DNA of 64,000 nt. Origin: Malacoraja senta. Its lineage: Eukaryota. This document shows positions 48,930 to 62,734 of the stretch, piece after piece. Each line of letters begins with the position of its first letter. The stretch's first letter is position 1. The position numbers and the translations under genes were made by a program. The stretch spans positions 16,804,001 through 16,868,000 of the forward strand of contig CM075990.1 in assembly GCA_038087875.1 (NCBI GenBank), written 5' to 3'. Below the pieces are notes generated by a model that saw nothing but the letters and a program-made list of their open reading frames with translations, was not told the origin of the DNA and searched no databases.

Positions 48930-50694
48930 GTGAGGAACTTTTCCAACTACAACATCTTCACCTCATCCTTCACGCCTTGTGATCACCGAGTACATGGACC
49001 ATCCCGTCATTCCCTCAGCCCATCCCGTGGTGTTGCTGGGGCAGATCTAACCATGCCTGTGCCCCTCTGTCGTTTGTCATTTTCACCCCAACTCATATTG
49101 TCTTGTGTGCACTTTCCCACTGTAACTGTCTTCAGATGTGTAAAAGCACCAGTCTTGAGATCTTGCTGATGCTTCTAATTTGCTTATTCCAAGTGAAGTC
49201 CTATCTTTCATTCCTGATGACAGCACACGAGAAACCTGCATGCGTTGATTCTTTGAAGACTGTGACAATATTTTTTGCACTGTTACCAATTTTTAGGCTT
49301 GCCTGCTTAGCAAATAGCTTAATTCCACAGGATCAAGAACTCAAAACACCCGACCTTTCTTCATGGGTATGTTTCAACCTGATAAACCAACTAGGTGTAG
49401 TTTATCTTGGAAACGGCTTATGAAAGTTGACGATTAAAAATTTGTCATTAAAATTACAAAATTAATGAAAATAAATGTAAAAATAATGCAACAAAAAATA
49501 ATGTGCAAAATTTGACAACGCATCCATGTGGCATCACACAGCGCCAGAACCCGAATGTTCAATCCTAACGTTACTTTAGACTTTAGAGATACAGCGCTGA
49601 AACAGGCCCTTCAGCCCACCGAGACCGTACCTACCAGCGATCACCCCGTACACTAACACTGCCCTAAACACTAGGGCAATTGTACAATTTTTACCAAAGC
49701 CAATTAACCTACAAACTTGTACACCTTTGGAGTGTGGGAGGAAACCGGAGCACCCGGAGAAAACCCACAGGGAGAAAGTACAAACTCCATACAGATAGTA
49801 CCCGTAGACAGGATCGAACCCGGGTCTCTGGCGCTGTGAAGCAGCAACTCCACCTATACAGCGGTACCACACAGACAGTACCTCTCCCCTAACCTCGGGT
49901 ACTGTCTGTGTGGAGTTTGCATGTTCTCCCTGTGACGGTGGGTTTTCTCCAGATGCTCCTGCTTCCTCCCACATCCCAAAGACATGTAGGTTTGAAGATG
50001 GTTTACATCGAAGATAGACACAAAATGCTGGAGTAACTCAGCGAGACAGGCAGCATCTCTGGAGCGAGGGAATGGGTGACGTTTCGGGTCGAGAGTTTGT
50101 CCAGATTAGTGTAGATGAGGCATCTTGGTTGGCATGAGCAAGTTGGGCCGAAGGACCTGTTCCCATGCTGTATTGCCCTATCATGCTATGACTCTATGAT
50201 CAATGTTGAAACTAGGATGTGGGAGGATTGCTGTGTGGTTAGGATGCACCGCAGCTGGAGACTGAGTCCAATTGAGTCCACCAGGTCGAAGTACCAAGCA
50301 GTGAAGGTCCCGCATGTGATAGGGTGTGTGGGTTTTGGAGATAGTGCTGAGAAGATCCACTGGGATGCCACCTAGATTAGAGGACATTAGCTACAGGGAG
50401 AGGTTGGACAAACTAAATAGTTTTCTCTGATTTTCAGAGTTTGAGAGGGGATCTCATGGAAATACATAAAATTAAGAGATAGGGTAGACAGTCAGAACCT
50501 TTTTCCCCATGGTGGAAATATCAAAGACCAGAGATAAGAGGGGAAAGGTTAAGGAGTTTTGGAGATAAGCTATTTAAAGTGTGGTGAGTATCTGGAGGGC
50601 GCTGCCTGGGGTGGAAGCAGATATGATAGTGGCGTTTAAGTGGCTTTAAGATAAGCACATTGGAAATGGAGGGATATGGGTCACATGCAGACAG

Positions 50695-51105
50695 AGGACA
50701 ATAGACAATAAGTGCAGGAGTAGGCCATTCGGCCCTTCGAGCCAGCATCGCCATTCAATTTGATCATGGCTGATCATCCCCAATCAGTACCCCGTTCCTG
50801 CCTTCTCCCCATATCCCCTGACTCCGCTATCTTTAAGAGCCCTATCAAGCTCTCTCTTGAAAGTATCCCGAGAACCGGCCTCCACCGCCCTCTGAGGCAG
50901 AGAATTCCACAGACTCACAACTCTCTGTGTGAAGAAGTGTTTCCTCATCTCCGTTCTAAATGCCTTACCCCTTATTCTTAAACTGTGGCCCCTGGTTCTG
51001 GACTCCCCCAACATCGGGAACATGTTTCCTGCCTCTAGCGTGTCCAAACCCTTAATAATCTTATATGTTTCAATAAGATCCCCTCTCATTCTTCTAAATT
51101 CCAGA
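50695..51105 (-). mobile_element. CR1 3' fragment (TATTGTC tail)
   Basis: ORF 50784..51089 MRGDLIETYKIIKGLD...GEKAGTGY. Confidence 0.9.
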
Positions 51106-54100
51106 CCCTTCTATGTTGTATTGGCATCACGCAGTTCACATTTTAAGGAAGAGAGACACAGGGGTTGATTGCCATTGAGACACTTTTTGGTCTAATGTAT
51201 GAACAATTTAATATATAAATAGGAGGTCACACAGTCGCTCAGTTCTGCTCTACCGTTCAGTTTGACAGCACAGCTGATCAAACTGACAGACCCATTTCCA
51301 GTTTCTTGCCTAATCCTGAGAGCTCGCAGTTTTCTTGCAGTCCAAATAATCTATCTGCTCAGCCTTGAACATGTTCAGTAGCTCGGCCTGCTTGGAGCAG
51401 AGAATTATGAAGTGCGACCTTCAGGGAGATGCAAACAAAACCAGATTGCGCAGGGCCGATTCCAAAAAGCATTTCTTCACAAATAGAGCTGCCGCCTCCC
51501 AGCTTGAATCCTGACTTTGATGCTGTGCTCACCGTATGGGCTGTAGGTTTCTCCACATTTACACTTCAGAGATACAGCACGGAAACAGGCCCTTCGGCCC
51601 AACGAGCCCGCGCCGACCAGCGATCACCCCACACGTTAACACTTTCCAACACACGAGGGACAATTTTCATTGAGACCAATTAACCTGCAAACCCGCACGT
51701 CTTTGGAGCGTGGGAGGGAACCGGAGCACCCGGAGAAAACCCACGCGGTCACAGTGAAAAAGTGCACACCACGTACAGATAGCGCCCGTAGTCAGGATGG
51801 AACCCGGGTCTCTGTGGTGCTGTGAGGCAGCAACTCCACCGCTGTGCCACCGTGCCGTCGCTAACAGATGCTCCAGTTTCCTCCCTCCATCCCACAAGGT
51901 GTGGTTCGTTGGGGTTAATTGGCCGTTGTATTTTGCCCTTAGTACGTATGTGAATGGTAAAACCTCGGGGGGAGGAGTTGATAGTAATGGAGGGTAGCAG
52001 AATAAAATGAGACGAGCGCAGGACTACTGTAAACGAGGAGCTGATGACCTGCGCTGACTTGGCGGGTCGCAGGGCCCGTGCCTCGACTAAAGTTTCCGAA
52101 GTTCTCTCCCCTGTTCAGGCAGTGAATCAAGTGAAGATTTTAGAATTAAGATGAATTGTTTTTGATTTGTCGTCAAGTTTGATGGTGCATCAAGTTTCTC
52201 TAAAGATAATTGTGGAGCTGCACTTGTGAGCGGGCACATCTAGAGAGATGGGAAAACCCTTGTGCTGCCCTTCCATTGGCTTTATAGGACCTTAAATCAC
52301 CTCCTGCAGCACTGGAACCATGCACCCAACAAAAATCAACCAATCACCATGTTAATTCAGGGGCGGCACGGTGGCGCAGCGGTAGAGTTGCTGCCTCACA
52401 GCGCCAGAGACCCGGGTTCCATCCTGACTACGGGTGCTGTCTGTACGGAGTCTGTACGTTCTCCCCGTGACCTGCGTGGCTTTTCTCCAGGATCTCCACT
52501 TTCATCCCACACTCCAAATACGTACAGGTTTGGCTTGGTATAATTGTAAATTGTCCCTAGTGTGTGTAGGATAGTGTTAGTGTGCGGGGATCGCTGGTCG
52601 GCACGGACTCGATGGGCCAAAGGGCCTGTTTCCGCGCCGTATCTTTAATCCCTAAACTCTAGTCTGAGTTCTGAAATCTTCTATTCATTCCCTGTATCTG
52701 CACGTGAGCTGGCGAATGGAGGGGAATGGGGAGGTACAGTATGTTTGCACTCCAGCAGAATGACACATGTAGACCTTCCAGCTCTGGGCAGCTGAGGTGG
52801 AGGCGAGGTGTATCCTTGCATTGCTCAAGATCGCACGGGAGGTTTTAGTACATTCCCTGAAGTGTCCTTGAAGTCAGACGGGCACTCGTTAAATTAGTCA
52901 GTTTGGAGTTAGACTCAATCCAACACAACCCCAGGAAGGAACTGCAGGTGCTGGTTTAAACTGAAGCTAGACACAAAAAGCTGGAGTAATTCAGCAGGTC
53001 AGGCAGCATCTCTGGAGAAAAGGAATCTGTCACGTTCCAGAGGTCTCGACCTGAAACGTCACTTATTTCCTTTCTCCAGAGAAGCTGTCTGACCCACTAT
53101 CACACTCCGTGACGTCAGTCCCGGTTATTGAAGATTGTGCTGCCTTTCGGTGACAAATCAGCAGTTAGAACGTTCACTGAAGCTCATCTGAAGCCAAAAA
53201 TGGGGCAGTGTAGACATGATCTGATGTGAGGTATGAACCTCTACACTGACACAACGACAGCCTGAATGAAGTAAGAACTATCGATTGTATAGTGCTCAAC
53301 ACAACCTTTGAGGCTCTGGCAGATATCTTGGTCGCTGTTACAACCCACTTTATTGACTGAAGAAGAAACAAAATACACACAAGATCCCACTGCCACGGGA
53401 TGATCTTGCAGACACATCATGAATGAGATGTTGATGAAAGATTATTAAATATTAAAAATGAAGATAGGCACAATATGCTGGAGTAACAGGCTGGATCTCT
53501 GGAGAGAAGGATGGGTGACGTTTCAGGTTTGAGACCCTTCTTCAGACCAGATCTTCAATACTTCAGATTAAGTATTAGTCTGGTTACTGGGGAGAACTGT
53601 CCTGGGTCAACTTTGGCTGTGGAACCATGTGGGTTTATTTCAGTCCACTCAGGCCGTAGTTGAGGGCTCCTTTTAACATCCATTTGGGGGTGGGAGATTG
53701 CAACCTTCACCTGGTCCGCCCTGTTTCAACAAATGCAATCAACCTGGCGTGCACAATCAAATAAGATCAAATAGGACAAGTTGTCCTCCAACTTTAGGCT
53801 GTGCACGCCGTATGCAAGAAGAGAAAGAACATCCCATTTGAAAATAAGCAAATGCATACAAAATAAATAGCAACAATTCTTTTGTTAGTATCTAAACTAT
53901 TTTTAAGATAAGTAATGACTTATTCACACGTGAAAAGGTGAATCCACAAGAACACAAGAATATAGAAGCAGGGCTCGGGGACATTGGGTACCCCGGCTGA
54001 TCTGCCCCTAGTGCCAACTCCCCCACTGTGCCAATTCCACATAGCCCACAATTCCCAATCTTTCAAACGTTTATCTCTCTCCTCCACAAATGCCTCCAGT

Positions 54101-54369
54101 ACTCCAGCTTCCACCACCTCCTGAGGCAGTGAATTCTGTAGCTTCCCATTCTCTCTGAGAAGTTGTCCCTACCGACCCTTGGTTTTAACCCAATGTCCCC
54201 TTATAGCAATGTCCCCATTTATTCTGTTTTTTGTTAATGCAATAACCAATTGTAAAACACAATTTTACATGGATTTGACAGGTTTGGAGGGATATGGGCC
54301 AAACGTGGGCAGGTGGGACTAGTGCAGCTGGGACATGTTGGCCGGTGTGGGCAAGTTGGGCCGAATGGC

Positions 54370-57346
54370 AACTTGTAACAATAGGTAACAAGGTGAAAAG
54401 TAAACGTGGCAGGCAGACAAATCCAGGGCAAAAATCAAAAAGGGCACTTTTCAACATAATTGTATAAGGGGTAAGAGCGTTGTAAAACAAGCCTGAAGGC
54501 TTTGTGTCTCAATGCAAGGAGCATTCATAATAAGGTGGATGAGTTGAATGTGCAGATAGCTATTAATGATTATGATATAGTTGGGATCACGGAGACATGG
54601 CTCCAGGGTGACCAAGGCTGGGAGCTGAACATCCAGGGATATTCAATATTCAGGAGGGATAGACAGAAAGGAAAAGGAGGTGGGGCAGCGTTGCTGGTTT
54701 AGAGAGGAGATTAACGCAATGGAAAGGAAGGATATTAGCTTGGAGGATGTGGAATCGATATGGGTAGAGCTACGAAACACTAAGGGCAGAAAACGCTAGT
54801 GGGAGTTGTGTACAGGCCACCTAACAGTAGTAGTGGAGTTGGGGATGGCATCAAACAGGAAATTAGAAATGCGTGCAACAAAGGTAAAACAGTTATAATG
54901 GGGTGACTTCAATCTACATATAGATTGGGTGAATCAAATTGGCAGGGGTGCTGAGGAAGAGGATTTCTTGGAATGTATGCGGGAAAGTTTTCTAAACCAA
55001 CATGTAGAGGAACCAACGAGAGAGCAGGCTATTCTAGACTGGGTATTGAGTAATGAGGAAGGGTTAGTTAGCAGTCTTGTTGTGCGTGGCCCCTTGGGCA
55101 AGAGTGACCATAATATGGTTGAGTTCTTCATTAGGATGGAGAGTGACATTGTTAATTCAGAAACAAGGGTCCTGAACTTAAAGAAAGGTAACTTTGAGGG
55201 TATGAGAAGTGAATTGGCCAAGATTGACTGGCAATTGATTCTTAAAGGGTTGATGGTGGATATGCAATGGAAGGCATTTAAAGATTGCATGGATAAACTA
55301 CAAAAATTGTTCATCCCAGTTTGGCAAAAGAATAAATCAGGGAAGGTAGTGCATCCGTGGATAACAAGGGAAATCAGGGATAGTATCAAAACAAAAGATG
55401 AAGCGTACAAATTAGCCAGAAAAAGCAGCCTACCAGAGGACGGAGAAATTCAGAGTCCAGCAGAGGAGGTCAAAGGGCTTAATTAGGAAAGGGAAAATAG
55501 ATTATGAAAGAAAACTGGCAGGGAACATAAAAACTGACTGCAAAAGTTTTTATAGATATGTGAAGAGAAAGAGATTAGTTAAAACAAATGTAGGTCCCTT
55601 GCAGTCAGAAACAGGTGAATTGATCATGGGGAACAAGGACATGGCAGACCAATTGAATAACTACTTTGGTTCTGTCTTCACTAAGGAAGGCATAAATAAT
55701 CTGCCGGAAATAGCAGGGGACCGCGGGTCAAATGAGATAGAGGAACTGAGTGAAATCCAGGTAAGCCGGGAAGTGGTGTTACGTAAATTGAATGGATTAA
55801 AGGCCGATAAATCCCCAGGGCCAGATAGGCTGCATCCCAGAGTACATAAGGAAGTAGCCCCAGAAATAGTGGATGCATTAGTGATAATTTTTCAAAACTC
55901 CTTAGATTCTGGAGTAGTTCCTGAGGATTGGAGGGTAGCTAATGTAACCCCCCTTTTTTTAAAAGGGAGGGAGAGAGAAAACGGGGAGTCAGTTATTAAA
56001 GATAGGATAACAGCACATTTGGAAAGTGGTGAAATCATTGGACAAAGTCAGCATGGATTTACGAAAGGTAAATCATGTCTGACGAATCTTATAGAATTTT
56101 TCGAGGATGTAACTAGTAGAGTGGATAAGGGAGAACCAGTGGATGTGTTATATCTGGACTTTCAGAAGGCTTTCGACAAGGTCCCACATAAGAGATTATT
56201 ATACAAACTTAAAGCACACGGTATTGTGGGTTCAGTATTAATGTGGATAGAGAACTGGCTGGCAAACAGGAAGCAAAGAGTAGGAGAAAACGGGTCCTTT
56301 TCAGAATGGCAGGCAGTGACTAGTGGGGTACCGCAAGGCTCAGTGCTGGGACCCCAGCTATTTTCAATATATATTAATGATTTGGACGAGGGAATTGAAT
56401 GCAACATCTCCAAGTTTGCGGATGACACTAAGCTGGGGGGCAGTGTTAGCTGTGAGGAGGATGCTAGGAGGCTGCAAGGTGACTTGGATAGGCTGGGTGA
56501 GTGGGCAAATGCATGGCAGATGCAGTATAATGTGGATAAATGTGAGGTTATCCACTTTGGTGGCAAAAACAGGAAAGTAGACTATTATCTAAATGGTGGC
56601 CGATTAGGGAAAGGGGAGATGCAACGAGACCTGGGTGTCATGGTACACCAGTCATTGAAAGTAGGCATGCAGGTGCAGCAGGCAGTGAAGAAAGCGAATG
56701 GTATGTTAGCTTTCATAGCAAAAGGATTTGGGTGTAGGAGCAGGGAGGGTCTACTGCAGTTGTACAGGGTCTTGGTGAGACCACACCTGGAGTATTGCGT
56801 ACAGTTTTGGTCTCCAAATCTGAGGAAAGACATTCTTGCCATAGAGGGAGTACAGAGAAGGTTCACCAGATTGATTGCTGGGATGTCAGGACTTTCATAT
56901 GAAGAAAGACTGGATAGACTCGGCTTGTACTCGCTAGAATTTAGAAGATTGAGGGGGGATCTTATAGAAACTTACAAAATTCTTAAGGGGTTGGACAGGC
57001 TAGATGCAGGAAGATTGTTCCCGATGTTGGGGAAGTCCAGGACAAGGGGTCACAGTTTAAGGATTAAGGGGAAATCCTTTAGGACCGAGATGAGAAAAAC
57101 ATTTTTCACACAGAGAGTGGTGAATCTCTGGAATTCTCTGCCACAGAAGGTAGTTGAGGCCAGTTCATTGGCTATATTTAAGAGGGAGTTAGATGTGGCC
57201 CTCGTGGCTAAAGGGATCAGGGGGTATGGAGAGAAGGCAGGTACAGGATACTGAGTTGGATGATCAGCCATGATCATATTGAATGGCGGTGCAGGCTCGA
57301 AGGGCCGAATGGCCTACTCCTGCACCTATTTTCTATGTTTCTATGT
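54370..57346 (+). mobile_element. CR1-clade LINE with nearly complete but frameshifted ORF2 (APE endonuclease + reverse transcriptase)
   Basis: APE motifs CLNARS, GITETWL, GKSDH in ORFs 54502 and 54929; RT motifs YLDFQKAFD, GVPQGSVLGP, FADD in ORF 55560..57254; (TTTCTATG)n tail. Frameshifts near 54700, 54785, 54900, 55441 and loss of the expected NYRPVSL segment near 55985. Inserted into the 3' tail of another LINE fragment (54265-54369 / 57345-57375). Confidence 0.95.
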
Positions 57347-57846
57347 TTCCACACTGTATCACTCTACGACTCTATAACCAAAACTGTCTTTCCCTAAAGT
57401 GGGATGTGATATTACAGGTTGCTGTCATGGCAATGAGGTGGAGTCAGAGCTAAGATGTAGCAATATAATGTTTGTAGAACCAATTTAAAATTTTGAGGAT
57501 AATTTAAATATAAGATTAAATCAAAATGTTAGTAGTGCTGAGAATATGTGGAATGACTCCAACACTTGCAGTTTGGGTATAAGTGTGTGTTTAGGAAGAT
57601 TGCATCCTGGATGTAATCAGTTGCTGAACACTACTTCAGATGCTGCCCTGCACAGCCTTTTGTTTGCTTGGTGACCATCGATGACACGACTGGTAAATAT
57701 AGCGGCTGACCTTCCAAAAGAAAACCTCTTTCTTTCCATAAGTTTATCTCTCCCTGTGCCAGGAGCATGAAGGTACCTGAATCACAATGTGAAGACGAGT
57801 GAACTTCTGTGTTGCTGTAACCTGTTCATTTCTGTTCCCTGATCAG

Positions 57847-57915
57847 CCGCAAACCAACAACAGCAAAAACAACGTAGTCAACATCCCAAAGGAGACCGTT
57901 CCGACAGCCACAATG
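57847..57915 (+). CDS. CAMK2G: CaMKII variable exon IV/V, 69 nt (PQTNNSKNNVVNIPKETVPTATM)
   Basis: Pyrimidine tract plus tcAG, GTACCT donor; phase 0-0; resembles the PQ(T/S)N.. exon of beta/gamma. Confidence 0.9.
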
Positions 57916-59377
57916 GTACCTGTGACTCTCTTTCATCTTACTCTGCTGTAGATGTGTTTCTCTGAGCGTTGTGTTCTTGTGTGCAATTATATTCTGTCTA
58001 GCGGTTAATTTCAATCGTCAATGGAGCTTTATTTGTCACATATCCAACTGCAGAGTGAAATTATTTTTGCATATATTACACATGCGGGCACATGCCATCC
58101 TAAAGCCTCCTAAATGCCATTGTCGTGTGTGCCTCCACCACCACCTCTGGCAGCACTTTCCATACACCCACCATTCTCTGTGTAAAAACAAAACTTGCCC
58201 TGCTCATCTGTGAAACTTGCCCCCTGTCACCTTAAAGCTATGCCCTCTTTAACATCTGACATTCCTACCCTGGGAGAAAGGTTCTGACTGTCTACCGTAT
58301 CTATGCTTCTCGTAATGTTATATCCTTCTATCAGGTCTCTTCCACAGCTTCTGGAGCTCCAGAGGAAAAAAAATCCAAGCTTGGCCAACCCTCTGATCCA
58401 GGCAGCATTTGGTGAACCTCATCTGCATCCTCTCCAAAGCCTTCACATCCATCCTGTAATGGGATGACCAGAGATATACACAATAGATAAAGGAATTGTT
58501 ACCGTACCTCAAAGCCTTACCTGGGATAATCCCCATCCCCAACCAATTTGAAGCCATGCCAGTCAATTGGGCTGCCGTTTATATTTTTGGATCCAGTTGG
58601 GTTTTTTTTAAGAACATAGGCATGTTGTGGAAAGTCCATTGAGAACTTCCCTGCTCCACTTGCCCTCTGATGGTGGTGGCTCGTTGTAGATGATGACAGC
58701 ATGGTTGTGCAGTCTTGTGTCTTGTGGGATCCAGCGTGTCTTTGTCGGAGCCACACATGTGGGGGCATATGATGGCCACTGTGGGGGGTTCCAGTGCTGC
58801 AGGCTTCCTCCTGTATCTGGCACTAACGAGTCAGCTTCAGCGATTGTCCTTAAAACTGCTGACCACCCTCCTAATGGCTGTACGCCAGCCAGTCCTGTCA
58901 CTGGCAAGGGTTGCCAATTCCTTTTGGGCTAGGCCTGCGTGCTGGAGATGGCCCTTGAACCATTTCTTTGCCACCGAATACTTGTCCACACAAGTCCATT
59001 TTGGTCAAAGTAAGTGACAGAATGCCTTTGGACCCGTGACTGTGGCCCGCTCCAGAATTCACCAAATGTCACACTTACACACAGTTGGTAAACAGGTAAC
59101 CCAGGACTGGATGGATTTACAGCGAGTTTCAATAGTTTCAGAGGCCAGTGACTGGAAAGTAAGCCATGCATGAGATCTTCAAACCTAACCACCAGCTATT
59201 TCAAAGTGCTTTTTTTCTCTCTTAACACAGCAAGGGATCAGGCAATGCTTTCTTTCCGAGTTCAAAGTGTTTAACTGCAAAAATAATATAATTTTCCTTT
59301 TTTTAAAAGAAAAGGTAAAATGCTACAAATATGTTGAGTTGAAATATTGATAAATCTGTCTTCCCTTTTTTATTCAG

Positions 59378-59422
59378 GAACCACAGACAACAGTGGTCCA
59401 CAACCCCACAGATGGCATCAAG
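59378..59422 (+). CDS. CAMK2G: CaMKII variable exon VI, 45 nt (EPQTTVVHNPTDGIK)
   Basis: T-rich tract plus tcAG, GTACCA donor; phase 0-0; canonical EPQTTV.HN..DG.K. Confidence 0.95.
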
Positions 59423-60927
59423 GTACCAGTTTAATGTCTACTTTCTATAAGCTGTTCCTTCTTCCAAAATGCTTGAGATTGAGTCAAATGGCAAAAAAAT
59501 TAATTCCAATGGATATTTTTACGGCCGAGATAGATAGATTCTTGATTAGTACGAGTGTCAGAGATTATGGGGAGAAGGCGGGAGAATGGGGTTAGGAGGG
59601 AGAGATAGATCAACCATGATTGAATGGCGGAGTAGACTTGATGGGCCGAATGGCCAAATTCTGCTCCTATCAAGTATGAATAGGAACAATGAGACTTTCA
59701 CACCCTCTTCAAAATGTTTTACATTAGGAAGATAAAGTCATTGTTGTGATACGGCACGAGAAACAAAAATATTCAGTATTTTCTAAATGGTGAAAGATTA
59801 GGAAATGTTGATGTCACTATGGAACGTGGATGTCTTTTCATGCCACTCACTGTAAGTCTATGTTCAGGCTATTTGGAAAGTATATGGAACATTGGCCTTT
59901 ATTGTTTCATTATATGAATACAAGTAAAGATTTCTTATTACAATGTATGGACCGTGTATATCAATGTATGGGCATTTAGAACGGAGACGAGGAAACACTT
60001 TTTCACACAGAGTTGTGAGTCTGTGGAATTATCTGCCTCAGAGGGCGGTGGAGGTCGGTTCTCTGGAAATTTTCAAGACATAGCTAGATAGGGCTCTTAA
60101 AGATATGGGGAGAAGGCAGGAACGGGGTACTGATTGTGGATGATCAGCCTTGATCACATTGAATGGTGGTGCTGGCTTGAAGGGCCGAATGGCCTACTCC
60201 TGCACCTATTGTCTATTGTGAGGCCTGTTCTTGCGCAGTACTGCTTTATGAACGTTGATTTCTCTCATTTCAAGTAATCCTTGTGTTCCCTCAGTCCACC
60301 TCCCCCCCTCCCTCCCCCACCCTCGTCATGCTCCTAGTTCCACTGTTCGCATCCTTGTTTTTCTCTTCGTTAACACCTCTTCCACAGCTGACAATGGGCC
60401 ATTATGGGCTCCACCCTTCCCTGGTCATCTGTTGACAGTTTGTTCTGGCCTTTCCTACCTCCAGTTCCCTCCCATCTCCTTCTGGGACAAGCACTGGGAG
60501 AGTTGCCATCTTGGACTTGGCCGCCATCTTGACACAAAGTCATTGCAAGCAAACCTGTTAAACCAAATCAATTCCTTGGAATCTTGAGCCACACAAGATT
60601 TTGCTGGAGTAACTCAGCAGCATCTCTGGAGGACATGGGTAGGGACAGAGGTTGGGACTCAAAATGTCACCTATCCACGTCCCTCCAGAGACGCTTCCTA
60701 ACCTGCTACGTTCCTCCAGCACTTTGTGTTTTGCTCAATATCCCAGTATCTGCATTGAAATCTATCACGGGTTACTTTTCTCAAGAATTTCCCAATGCGT
60801 GGTTTCTGCTTCCCAAAACTCATATTTATCTAAACTAGATTCCAGAATATTTCTGTACAAATTATACATCCACTCTCAAAATAAGAACACTGGTGCATTG
60901 TAGTACATTTGTCTTGAATTATCTTAA

Positions 60928-61165
60928 AGGGCCTGTCCCACTTGGCGATTTTTTCGGCAACTGCCGGCGCCATTGACTGACGTATCAGGGTCGCCGAAAG
61001 AATTTGAACATTTCAATATCCTGCGGCGACTGAGGAGACACCTGAGGAGACACCGCGCGGCAATACGTCGTCACGCCGTGTCACGCTGCAACTTTTTTGG
61101 TGACCTGATACGTCAGTCGATGATGCCGGCAGTCGCCGAAAAAGTCGCCAAGTGGGACAGGCCCT
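60928..61165. mobile_element. PIF/Harbinger-type MITE
   Basis: TAA TSD on both sides; same subfamily as 14474-14643. Confidence 0.88.
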
Positions 61166-62734
61166 TAAGCATGTCAAAGTACCCATGTAATAGATTGAAT
61201 TGAAACGCAATAAAATCTTGTAGATGTCTGATTGAATTGACTGGGTACAATTACATCAAGATTCCTCATTGACAAAAGATGGCAAGAAGCCATTTTGAGC
61301 AACAACAGCTAATTGTACCTTGTGTAATAAAGTTGTTCGTTTAGGACTTGGCTGCTGCTACCCAATGCCACAATTAGTTACTGTTTCAGAAGCAGTAGAT
61401 CTCCATAGCTGCATATGTAACCTTTGGAACTCTTCTGTATGTCAATGACACCACAAGCCCAGCCAGAATGGAGCTGTAGAAATGAGGAACTGCAGATGCT
61501 CGCTTACTACAACAACAACAACAAAAAACACAAAGTGCTGGAGTAACTCAGCAGGTCATGGAGAACATGGATAGGTGACGTTTCGGGTCGGAACCCTTCT
61601 TCAGTCTGATTGTGGTGGGTGGGGGTGGGGGAGAAGAAAGCTGGAAGGGAGGAGGGGAAGGACAAAACCTGGTGAGTGATAGGTGGATACAGATGGCAGG
61701 GAGAGGGGGGGGGGGGGTTGATAGGTAGATGGTTGGACAAAGGCCAGAAATGAAAAGGCAAAAGGTGTTAGGTGCAGTTAGAAGAAGTAGACATTGTGAA
61801 GCCGGAGGAAGGAATATAGTTGGGGGATGGGGAGGAGTGAAGAAATAGGTGTGCATGGAATAGGTGGGGCACATGGAAGAGGTGGGTGGTGAGGTTTGTA
61901 GGTTTGCTGATTTGGTACCCTGCTATAAGTGACTGGGATTGATTTTACAGACATAGTATTGAATCAGGACCTCGTCTCCATTCTCTCCTGGGTGCTGAAA
62001 ATTCAACTTGCTTTTACCAAGATATGAAGCTGTGGTTTGCTTTCTGAGTTCCATTTGTCACAGTGTGAGGACTGAATTGATTGCTAAAGTAGACAAAGCA
62101 CTGTCGGACCTACTCAGTCACCAGTTCACGTGGTGCCATTAGACATTCCGATCAATGAGAAACTCCAAGTGAAATTCATTTTGTTCCAAGCCATACAGCA
62201 CAAAACAGGCCCTTCGGCCCAACTTGTCCATGCCGACCAAGATGCCCCATCTTCACTCGGCTCACCTGCCCATGTTTGGCCCATATCCCGCTAAACCTTT
62301 CCTATCCATTTTCCTGTCAAAATGACTTATAAATGTTGTTGTAGCACCTGACTGAACTATCTCCCCTGGCAGCGAGTTCTACTTTCTGTGTGCAAAAGTT
62401 ACCCCGCAAGTTCCAATAAAATTAATTTCCCTCTCAAACCTGTGTCTTCTCGTTCTTGACCACCCCCACCCCTCCCCTCCCCCTCCCCACTCTGGGTAAT
62501 AAACATTGTGCACTCATCCTAATCTATCCCCTCCACAGATGCTGCCTGTCCCGCTGAGTTACTCCAGCTTTTTGTGTCTACCTGTGATTTTATGCACTCC
62601 TCCTATAAGAAGATCACCTCCATAGCGGAGGCTCTCATAACTCCCTCAGCCTTCTCTCTCCTTCACCTGAATGGTCCACAGTCTGACCAATGTTGGGGTC
62701 TGCACCAGTTTAAAATAATACTTCTCCTTCACAG

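Noticed and set aside
49214..49235. CTGATGA...GAAAC downstream of the NLS exon as a standalone hammerhead
   Set aside because: The intervening CAGCACACGA cannot form stem II and I found no convincing stems I or III.
55560..57254. 564-aa RT ORF as an active or domesticated gene
   Set aside because: Upstream ORF2 has several frameshifts and the RT lacks the expected NYRPVSL segment; a dead CR1 copy.
58517..59192. Cluster of overlapping 60-100 aa ORFs between exons IV/V and VI
   Set aside because: No recognisable domain and no convincing in-phase splice sites.
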